64,000 nt of DNA from Mobula birostris (Eukaryota). Under the pieces are notes generated by a model. That model saw only the letters and a program-made list of their open reading frames with translations, did not search any database and was not told the origin of the DNA. Made by a program: the position numbers and the translations under genes. Shown one piece after another: positions 53,871 to 64,000 of the stretch (the first letter of the stretch is position 1; each line of letters opens with the position of its first letter). The stretch spans positions 4,903,079-4,967,078 of the forward strand of contig NC_092377.1 in NCBI RefSeq assembly GCF_030028105.1, given 5' to 3'.

Positions 53871-54551
53871 GTGAGTACAAGTTCTATTTATTCAGCAGTG
53901 TGTTCCTGCATTGGGAGTTATTCCCCACCACTCACTTCCCGTGGCTGGGCACATTGTACTGAAGAACATAGTGTAATACTGGAGCCCCATCACTGGGACA
54001 CGATCCAGAGCACTATGGCCCCTAACTCATGGGTGGGGAGCACCAACATGGTGACTGACCGTCTGCTCTGTGTGTCCAGTTGGATATTTGAAAATAAATT
54101 TCAATGTGGAGTGTGTTATCACAGGAGAGAAAAGGAGAAACTGTTCAGTGTTCAGAGTCATAGATCATGGTTTCTTAAATCTGAACCATCTCTTCCAAAA
54201 GCCCCAAAACTGTGGAATTCAAAACATAAAACATTAAGAGATGCAGAATCAGTTAACCCTTTTAAACGCCGGCTCAAAAAACTATTTATTTAACAATTAA
54301 CATCTCTTCAAAGATCGAAGTAAATTTATTATCAAAGTCCATATTTGTCACCATATTCAACCCTGAGATTTATTTTCTTGCGGGCATACTCAACAAATCC
54401 ACAACAGAATAATCACCATTGTAGAATCAATGAAAGACTGCACCAACTTGCTCTTGGATGCAAGATGGTGTCGGAGAATCACGGTGAAATGCAATATAGA
54501 AATTCTTGGCAAATCATTTTGTGGATGAACAGGATTTTCTCTGTACCTCAG

Positions 54552-54714
54552 TACGTGTGACAATAATAAACCAATTTATTAAGAGCTCGCCCTGTGGGTG
54601 TGAGTTGTCAGAACTGGGTGATGTTACCAATCGGAAAAACAGTCAGAACGAGTGGACGAGAGAAGAGGATAAAATGATGTGTGTGAAAGAAATAGACTGG
54701 CCATTAAATACAAA
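54552..54714 (+). CDS. Candidate alternative exon encoding a hydrophilic, Cys-containing tail
   Basis: Acceptor ttttctctgtacctcag| and donor AAA|gtaagt. Open only in the phase-1 frame that follows V2. No recognisable homology. Confidence 0.25.
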
Positions 54715-55099
54715 GTAAGTAAGAGAAGACAATCAATGGCAGAAAGAACATTATTTGAGTCATTGAGTCACAGAAAAGTACAGTAGGCCCTTCAGCCCAT
54801 CTAGTCTGTGCTGCACCATTTAAACTGCTTACTCCCATCGACCTGTACAGCGACTTCCACTCCCCGATCATCCATGTACCTATCCAAACTTCTCGTAAAT
54901 ATTGAAATCGACCTTGCATGCACTACTTGTGCTGGCAGCTCGTTCCACACTCTCACCACCCTCTTAGTGAAGATTCCCCTCATGTTCCCTTTAAACTTTT
55001 CACCTTCACCCTCAATCCCTGTCATCCAGTGGTAGTTCCACCCAACCTCAGTAGAAAAAGCCTGTTTGCATTGACCCTATCTATACTGCCTACAATTTT

Positions 55100-58000
55100 A
55101 AACCATATGACCATAAGATATAAGAGCAGACTTAGTAGGCCATTCGGCCTATCGAGTCTGTTCCTCCATTCAATCATGGGCTGATCCAATTCTTCCAGTC
55201 TTCCCCACTTCCTTGATTTCACTCCATATCCTTTGATGCCCTGGCTAATCAAGAACCTATCTATCTCTGGCTTAAATACACCCAATGACTTGGCCTCTAC
55301 AGCCATTATGCCAACAAAGTGCACAGATTTACCACCCTCTGACTAATTTCTTTACATCTCTGTTCGAAATGGATGTCCTTCAATCCTGAAATAATACTCT
55401 CTTGTCCTAGACTCCCTTACTGTAGGAAATAACTTTGCCATATCTAATCTGTTCAGGCCTTTTAACATTCAAAATGTTTCTATGAGATCCCCCTTCATTC
55501 TCCTGAACTCCAGGGAATATAGCCCAAGAGCTGCCAGACGTTCCTAATACGGTAACCTTTTCATTCTTGGAATCAATCTCGTGAATCTTCTCTGAAACAT
55601 CTCCAATGTCAGTATATGCTTTCTAAAATAAAGAGCCCAAAACTGCACACAGTACTCCAAATGTGGTCTCATAAGTGCCTCATAGAGCCTCAACATCATA
55701 TCCCTGCTCTTCTGTTCTATACCTCTAGAAGTGAATGTCCACGTTGTATTCACCTTCTCCACAACCGATTCAACCTGGAGGTTAACCTTTAGGGTATCTT
55801 GCACAAGTACTCCAAAGTCCATTTGCATTTCTGCATTTTGAATTCTCTCCTCACCTAAGTAATAGTCTGCCTGTTTGTTTCTTCCACCAAAGTGCATGAC
55901 AGTACATTTTCCAACATTGTATTTGGTTTGCCACTCCTTTGCCCATTCCCCTAAACTATCTAAGTTTTTCTGCAGGCTCTCTGTTTCCTCAACACTACCC
56001 ACTTCTACACCTATCTTTTTGTCATTAATACCATGGTCCAAATCATTGACATACATTGTAAAAAGCAGCGGTCCCAACACCAGCCCCTGTGGAACTCCAC
56101 AGGAAACCGGCAGCCAGCCAGAATAGGATCCTTTTATTTCCACACGGTTTTCTGCCAACTAGCCAATACTCCAAGTGTGCTTGGTATGAACATAGAATTC
56201 TCCAACTTCCAGTAATTCCCTCCCCCTCCCTTCCTCTATCCCTATGTCACTCTGTCCCCTCCCCCAGCTGCCTATCAGCTCCCTCATGGTTCTGCCTCCT
56301 ACTGCCCATTGTGTTTTCCCCTATTCCTTCTTCACCTTTCCTGCCTATCACCTCCCTGCCTCCCCTCCCCCACCCCTTTATCTTTCCCCTTACTGGTTTT
56401 TCACCTGGAACCTACCAGCCTTCTCCTTCCCACCCTCCCCCCACCTTCTTTATAGGGCCTACCAAGAGGTTACCAGGAAAGTGGATGAAGGGAAGGCAGT
56501 GGATATTGTCTACATGGACTTCAGTAAGGCCTTTGACAAGGGTCCCGCATGGGTGGTTAGTTAGGAAAATTCAGTCGCTAGGTATACTTGGAGAGGTGGT
56601 AAATTGGATTAGACATTGGCTCGATGGAAGAAACCAAAGAGTGGTAGTAGAGAATTGCTTCTCTGAGTGGAGGCCTGTGTCTAGTGGTGTGCCACAGGGA
56701 TCAGTGCTGGGTCCATTGTTATTTGTCATCTATATCAATGATCTGGATGATAATGTGGTAAATTGGATCAGCAAATTTGCTGATGATATAAAGATTGGAG
56801 GTGTAGTAGACAGTGAGGAAGGTTTTCAGAGGCTGCAGAGGGACTTGGACCAGCTGGAAAGATGGGCTAAAAAATGGCAGATGGACTTTAATACTGACAA
56901 GTGTGAGGTATTGCACGTTGGAAGGACAAACCAAGGTAGAACATACAGGGTTAATGGTAAGGCACTGAGGAGTGCAGTGGAACAGAGGGATCTGGGAATA
57001 CAGATACAATATTCCCTAAAAGTGTCGTCACAGGTAGATAGGGTCGTAAAGAGAGCTTTTGGTACATTGGCCTTTATTAATCAAAGTATTGAGTATAAGA
57101 GCTGGAATGTTATGATGAGGTTGTATAAGGCATTGGTGAGGCCGAATCTGGAGTATTTTGTTCAGTTTTGGTCACCAAATTACAGGAAGGATATTAATAA
57201 GGTTGAAAGAGTGCAGAGAAGGTTTACAAGGATGTTGCCGGGACTTGAGAAACTCAGTTACAGAGAAAGGTTGAATAGGTTGGGACTTTATTCCCTGGAG
57301 CGTAGAAGAATGAGGGGAGATTTGATAGAGGTATATAAAATTATGATGGGTATAGATAGAGTGAATGCAAGCAGGCTTTTTCCACTGAGGCAAGGGGAGA
57401 AAAAAACCAGAGGACATGGGTTAAGGGTGAGGGGGGACAAGTTTAAAAGGAACATTAGTGGGGGCTTCTTCACACAGAGAGTGGTGGGAGTATGGAATGA
57501 GCTGCCAGACGAGGTGGTAAATGCGGGTTCTTTTTTAACACTTAAGACTAAATTGGACAGATACATGGATGGGAGGTGTATGGAGGGATATGGTCTGTGT
57601 GCAGGTCAATGGGACTAGGCAGAAAATAGTTCGGCACAGTCAAGAAGGGCCAAAAGGCCTGTTTCTGTGCTGTAGTTTCTATGGTTTCTGTGGTTTCTAT
57701 GGCCTCTGCCCCTTCCCTCTACGGTGCTGATGAAGAGTTCAGGCCCGGAACGTCAACATTGTTTCCACGGATGCTGCCCGACCTGCTGAGTTCCTCCAGC
57801 TTGTTGTGAGTGATTCTAGTAACTTCCTTCTAATTCTATGGGGTCTTATCTTTCTAAGCAGCCTCATGTGTGGCACTTTGTCAAGGGCCTTCTGAAAATC
57901 CAAGTACACCATGTCTACTGCATCTCCTTTGTGTACCCTGCATGTAATTTCCTCAAAGAATTGCAGTAGGTTTATCAGGAAGGATTTTCCTTTCAGGAAA

Positions 58001-58800
58001 CCATGCTGGATTTGGCCTATCCTGTCATGTGCCTCCAGGTGTTCCGTAATCTGATCCCTAACAATCAAGTCCAACAACTTTCCAACCACTGATGTCCGGC
58101 TAACAGGTCTATAGTTTCCTTTCTGTTGCCTCCCTCCCTTCTCAAATAGCAGAGTAACATTTGCAAATTTCCAGTTTTCTGGGACAATGCCAGAATCTAT
58201 TGATTCTTGAAAGATTATTGTTAATGCCTCTGCAATCTCTCCAGCTACTTCCTTCAGAACCCAAGGTGCATTCCATCAGGTTCAGGAGATTTATCCACCC
58301 TCAGACCATTAAGCTTCCTGAGCACCTTCTCAGTCGTAATCTTCACTACACATACTTCACTTCCCTGGCACTCTTGAATGTTCAGTATACTGCAGACATC
58401 TTTCACTTTTGTATCGCTCTGTCAAATCTCCCCTCAACTTTCTACATCCTAAGGAATGAAGATCTAACCTATTAATACCATAAGACCATAAGATACAGGA
58501 GGAGAAGCAGGCCATTTGGCCCATTGAGTCTACCCCGCTATTCAATCATGGCCTATGTCAATTCTTCCAGTCAACCCCATTCCCTGCCTTCTCCCCATAC
58601 TCTTTCATACCCTGGCTAATCAAGAACCCTTCTATCTCCGTCCTAAATACACCCAATGACTTGGCCTCTACAGCCTCTCATGGCAACACATTCCACAGAT
58701 TTACCACCCTCTGACTGAAGTTATTTCTTTGCATTTCTGCTCTAAGTGGTCGTCCTTCAATCTTGAAATCATGCCCTCTTGTCCTAGACTCCCCGGACAT
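55100..58800 (-). mobile_element. Older minus-strand CR1 remnants hosting a Penelope 3' fragment (about 56180-57815)
   Basis: Minus ORFs 55544-56158 and 57739-58089. Penelope tail sequence at 56180-56460 resumes at 57701. Confidence 0.75.
56461..57700 (+). mobile_element. Young 5'-truncated CR1 inserted inside the Penelope fragment
   Basis: Uninterrupted RT C-terminal frame to 57618 and a (TTTCTATGG)n tail. GGCCT occurs at 56456-56460 and 57701-57705. Confidence 0.9.
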
Positions 58801-58859
58801 GGGAAATTCTTTGAGGAATAGAGAGGACAAGAGATCATGTCTGAAGGGTTAGTACTTTA

Positions 58860-59010
58860 CTCCATGAAGAAATGCAGCTTCCCACTGACTCCTGGGAACC
58901 ACTGGCCCATGACCCAGGAAGCAATATTCAGGATGGTATCGAGAACTTTGAGGCCGTGCATTGGGAACACACGGAAACGTTGCTGAAGGAGCATCACCTT
59001 ATAAACCATT
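58860..59010 (+). mobile_element. RTE-type LINE C-terminal fragment
   Basis: PTDSWEPLAHD...IQDGIENFE resembles the WExLAxDRxxWR C-terminal signature of RTE ORF2. Confidence 0.5.
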
Positions 59011-60895
59011 ACACAATATTCTCGATCCACAGTCACCAGGATATCACATCACTACAGAAATATGTAGCTGAAACCTTTTGCCATGAAGATTATCACATAT
59101 TTACTCACCATACCTACATATCACCTTCATTACACAAGTAGGACATCCAGGTTCCTCTGGACACCAACACTTTTCAATTTCATTCTTCCCATCTGACAAT
59201 TCACTAACCTGTTCTGTCTGTCTGAAATCTCCTCACATCGTCCTCATATCCACACTGCCAATCAGTAACTTTATCCATCACACAGTCCCCTCACCGACAT
59301 CACCAATCAATTCACTGTGATACACCAACACTCAGAGTCACACAATCCTAAAACGTTTCAGAAATTGGTTCTGAACAGACTGTTTTTTGTTTATAACCAA
59401 TCCATAGTCCACATTAGTATATTACCTCACATACTGGACACTGTAGTTTATTTAATGATCTGTGTCTGAATCCTCACAGGAATCTCCTCTCGACCCTCTC
59501 CAATGGCACGACATTCCTTCTTGGATAAGTGGCCCAAAAATGTCACTCCACTCTTTAAGAAGGGAAGGAAGCAAAAGAAAGGAAATTATATCAGTGGTTG
59601 GGAAGATGTTGGAGTCTATTATTAAGGATGAGGTGTTGGGGTATTTGGAGGCACATGATAAACCAGGCCAAACTCAGCATGGTTTCCTTAAGGGGATATC
59701 CTTCCTGACAAATCTGTGGAATTCTTTGGGGAAATAACAGGCAGGGTAGAGAAAGGAGAATCAATGGATATCGAGTCCTCGGATTTTCAGAAGGCCTTTG
59801 ACAAGCTCCACATGAGGCTGTTTAACAAGATAAGAGTCATGATATGACAGAGAAGATACTAGCATGGAGTAAGAATTGACTGATTGGCAGGAGGCAAAGA
59901 GTGGGAATAAATGGAGTGACATTTACGATTTTACAGTCTTCCAGAACCATTTCAGAATCGAATGAATCCTGAAAGATCATTACTAATTCCTCTGCAATCT
60001 CTTCAGCCACCACTTTCAGAACCCTCGGGCATTGACCATGTGGTCCAGGTGACTTATCTACTTTCATACCTTCCAGCGCCGTAAGCACCTTTGCTTTAGT
60101 TTAAGTTCAAGTTTAAGTTTATTGTGATTTGACTGTAAACATGTACTGCATACAACCACACAACACAACGTTCCTCCAGACCACAGTGCACACACAAAAC
60201 ATTTATCACACACAACAAATAAAACAAAATATTATTATTCAAATTGCAGGTAGTGAACAGCACAGGTAAACAGCAACCAGCTAACTCTCCAAGTGACGAG
60301 ACCTCAGTAATGACGGTATTCATTAGTCTCACAGCCTGAGGGAAGACGCTGTTACCCAGTCTGACAGTCCCAGTCCTGATGCTCCTGTCCCTCCTTCCTG
60401 ACTGTAATGGGTCAAAGAGATTGTGGGATGGGTGGTGGGAATCCTCAACAGTGCTTCAGTCCCTCTGTCTACAACATGCCCGGTAAATGCCACGGATGCT
60501 GCCCGACCTGCTGAGTTCCTCCAGCATGTTGTGTGTGTTGCTAAGAGATTGTGGGATGGGTAGTGGGGATCCTCCACAGTGCTTCAGGCTCTTCATCTGC
60601 AACACTCCCGGTAAATGTCACAAATGAGGAGGAGGGAGACCCCAGTGATCATCTCGGTGATTTTTACCGTCTTTTGTAGGGTCCTGCAGCTTCATACCAC
60701 ACAATGATACAACTAGACAGATAATTGAATCCAGTAAATCCATCCTTCAGCATGGTGCTCTCTCCCTTACTGACTGTTAATGAGATGTCTAAGGGAGAAC
60801 TATCGGCCTCCAAAGTTCACATATTAAACCTGTCATTCAAAGGACAATTCACATTACCAATGTTAAACTCTACCTCAATCTTTGCTATTTTTCAG

Positions 60896-61022
60896 ATGAA
60901 GGTGGGTCTTGGAAAGTCTTGGCCAGTATTCTCACCAGTATCCTCATACTGGTCATCTTAGTAACAACAATATGCTATGTGAAAAAATGGGCATGTTTTC
61001 AACAGAGATTGATGCCAGAAGG
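60896..61022 (+). CDS. Exon 4: transmembrane and juxtamembrane cytoplasmic segment
   Basis: Acceptor ctttgctatttttcag|, phase-1 start, donor GG|gtaaat. Encodes (N)EGGSWK-VLASILTSILILVILVTTICYV-KKWACFQQRLMPEG: a 22-aa hydrophobic span followed by KK (positive-inside). Missed by the ORF track. Confidence 0.85.
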
Positions 61023-62069
61023 GTAAATAACATTTGATTTTGAATCTTGTTTTAACAATATTGAATTGAACATTCAAAGAAAAAGGAAATTAATCTGAAT
61101 GAAACAGTCAGAGAACACAAAAGCTCGACCAGGTTGTCATCTGGGGTGAAACAGTTCCGTTATGAGGAGAGACCGGAGAAGCTGGGTCTGGTCTCCATTA
61201 GGCAGGGGAGCTCAAGACGGACGATTGAGGTGTACAGAGTTATGAGGGACATAGATAGGTTTTAGACTGCAGAAAACTCATCCCCATATCAGGGGTAGAT
61301 AAAATTCGAGAACATGGTGTTAAGGTGATTGGGAGGAGACTCAGAGGGGATGTGCAGGGCCTCTTCAACCCGAGAGCAGGAATACCAGATCACACTGCCA
61401 GAGAGAGTATCAGAAACTGGGTCTCTGACAGCACTAACAATGAACACTTAGGCAGAGAGGACGATGGACAAGGTGCCAGACGATGGGGTTACTATGGAAG
61501 AGTCAATATTGGTCGGCATGCAGTGCAAACACATAAAATTACTGTAAATTCAAAATGAAAAGTGTGAAACAATGAATAATAAAACAGTGTCAATAGACCA
61601 TTCAGAAATCTGATGGCAGACTTTAGAAACCATTTCTGAACCCCTAACCTTAACAAGTTTAAGCAGGAAACACCAGGAAACAGTATTACAAAGAGCAGAT
61701 CTTTCAAGTAAAACACAAGGAACTCGAAGTCATTATAAGGTTTCATTAAACAACAGTTAGCCAATTCAGGTGCTTGAGAAACCTCAGAACCCAACGCTCT
61801 CTGGCCCAAAGAACTCACTATAGACGGTGCTATAAGAGCCTGAAGACACACATTCAACATTTCAGGAACACCTTCACCTCTGCCCTCAGATCTCTGAATA
61901 CACAGTGAACCCTGGAATCGTACCTCATTATTTTTTATTTCTTTTGCTCTCTTTTTGTACATCTTCTTTAATTTAAATTACAACTTATTGTATGTTGTAT
62001 ATGTAAACTTCTTAATGTAATTTATAGTTTATAATTATTATGTACTGCAACCATTAACAACAAATTTCA

Positions 62070-62292
62070 TGACATACTGTATGCCAGTGACATTACACCC
62101 GATTCTGATTCTCCCTGACCGGAGTAACAAGCAGGAGAATGTCTGGCTGACATATGCCAGTGATATTAAACCAGATTCTGATTCTCCCTGACGGGAGTAA
62201 CAAGCAGGGGAATGTCTGGATGACATATGCCAGTGATATTAAACCAGATTCTGATTCTTCCTGACGTGAGTAACAAGCAGGGGAATGTCTGG
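62070..62292. repeat. 73-bp tandem triplication
   Basis: Unit TGACATATGCCAGTGATATTAAACCAGATTCTGATTCTCCCTGAC...GAATGTCTGG, starting at 62070 (degenerate), 62148 and 62221. Confidence 0.9.
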
Positions 62293-63449
62293 GTGGTGAG
62301 GGTCCTGAATGGTGGATGCCGCCTTCTTGAGGCACTGCCTCTGTAATAGTCCTCGATGATGGGGATGGTTCTGTTCCCCAGCTGGCTGAGTCTACAACCC
62401 TCTTGCAATGTGTGTGTTGGAGCCTCTCTATCAGGCTGTTGTACAGCGAGTCACAATGCTCTCCACCGTCCATCTGTAGAAATTCGCAAGAGCATTTGGT
62501 GACGCACCAAATCTCCTCAAACTCCTATTTTTGCTGAACTGTTGGCATGTCCACTTCATGACTGAATCAATGTGTTGCACCCCGGATAGATCTTTTATTT
62601 ATTTATTAATTGAGATACGGTGTGGAGTAGCCCTTCTGGCCCTTTGAGTCATGCTACCATGTTATTCTCCAATTTAACCCTAGCCTAGTCATGGGATAAT
62701 TTACAATGACCACTTACCCTACCAACCGGTACGTCTTTGGACTGTGTGAGGAATCAGGAGCATCTGGAGGAAGCCCACACCATCACGGGGAGAATGTGTG
62801 AACTCCATACAGCCAGCAGTGGGAATTGAACCTGGGTCACTGGTACTGTAATGCGTTGTGCTAACCACTACACTACCATGCTGCCAGCTTCTGGGATGTT
62901 GACATCGAGGAACATAAAGCTACTCACTCTTTCCACTGCTGATCCCTTCATCACTTCTTTGAAAGCTCTTGTGTAAAGCCCTGACCTCTATCACCCAGAA
63001 GGACATGGAGCACGTGGAATGCCAGCAGAGGGCCAACACAACCCTCACTTGGAGATACGATATCACTCCATCATTGTCGATGGCTTTGAACCCCAGATCA
63101 CATCACACAAAATAAATTTTTACTTGACAGCCTATAGCAATTGAAGGAGACAGTGAACTCCCTCCACAGGGTCTATAAGAATGAATATTTAATACAGGCA
63201 TGTCTGATTTAAGGACATTTTTATTCATTTTGTTTATTTAGAGACAAGGTGAAAATGAGTAAAATTCAGTGTGTCACTGTGAGGATGATCACTCCCTAAA
63301 GCCAGTCAGTCAGGCTGTTTTGCTTCTCAGCTTCCTCCTCTTCTCCAACATCCCAATGTGTGTCTCAGTCCCATCATTATCAATGCTGCTTTACTTTTGA
63401 CATTTGGTGCTGAACCTAGAAACTGGTGGAATTTGCACTTGATCCAAAT

Positions 63450-64000
63450 TTCTTTCTTTTCAAATCTTTTTATTGTTGTATTATACAAAAGAAATAACAC
63501 GAGTACATTGATGTAACAACACTTACAAAGTTTCAAAAAAGACATTATCTTAAAGATTGAAAAAAAATTTGTGATAGCAAAAAAAATCTACTAAGCAGAA
63601 AAAGGGAGAAAAGAAACCCATTAGGTGTACAACCCCGGAGCCATGTGTCATACAAAAAGCTTCTAAAAATAAACATCAAACTGCCAGCAAGAAAAGAAAA
63701 TATACCAAAAGATTTACAATTAGATCGTGGAAAAAATCTATCAATTAGCTCAAATGATAATAAAGAGCAAATGAGCTCCATCTTTTCTCAAAATCAAATA
63801 AAGGTTCAAAGATTTGCCTTCTGATTTTCTCCAAACTAAGACATAGCATCACTTGAGAGAACCATTGTGACAAAGTGGGAGCCGGTGTATCCTTCCACTT
63901 CAACAAAATGGCCCTCCTAGCTATCAATATAACAAATGCAATAACATGTTGGTCAGACACAGAAATACCATGAATATTTTGAGGAATTACTCCAAAAAGC
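63450..64000 (-). mobile_element. L1/Tx1-type LINE 3' end (runs off the window)
   Basis: ORF 63745-63960 (IAFVILIARRAILLKWKDTPAPTLSQWFSQVMLCLSLEKI). A-rich tail near 63450-63480. Confidence 0.8.

Noticed and set aside
56089-57618. 509-aa ORF (and the 401-aa ORF at 31617-32822) as novel genes
   Set aside because: Chance in-frame fusions of repeat tails to CR1 reverse transcriptase.
30605-61022. Assignment to CD8B/CD8A or NKp30
   Set aside because: FGKGTQL resembles CD8B and GNGT resembles NKp30, but there is no O-glycosylated hinge exon, no CxC Lck motif and no basic TM residue. No gene symbol is justified.
63130-63400. Candidate terminal cytoplasmic exons after the TM exon
   Set aside because: Acceptors near 63130 and 63330 give GL* or a 23-aa hydrophobic peptide in phase 2. 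Nothing distinguishes them from cryptic sites, so they are not called.

Overview
A TE-saturated vertebrate genomic window. The repeat families and their tails suggest a cartilaginous fish, probably a ray or skate (inference). Most of it is nested, decayed retroelements: many CR1 LINEs, two L1-type pieces, Penelope-like elements with minimal hammerhead ribozyme motifs, a near full-length Nimb/I-type LINE with RNase H, a HERO-type RLE LINE fragment, Rex1-type and RTE-type fragments, a Tc1 transposon, two solo LTRs and a tRNA-derived SINE. Hidden among them is one + strand host gene, which I assembled by hand from splice sites and phases: leader exon 19502-19550, V-set Ig exon 30605-30967, second V-set Ig exon 53526-53870 and transmembrane exon 60896-61022. 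Both V exons already contain the J-like G strand ((F/N)GxGTQLxVT) with no recombination signal sequences. The predicted product is therefore a non-rearranging, antigen-receptor-like L-VJ-VJ-TM protein with no constant domain and an uncharged TM. I cannot name the gene, and its cytoplasmic exon(s) are not resolved in this window. Repeat boundaries without a stated TSD are approximate.
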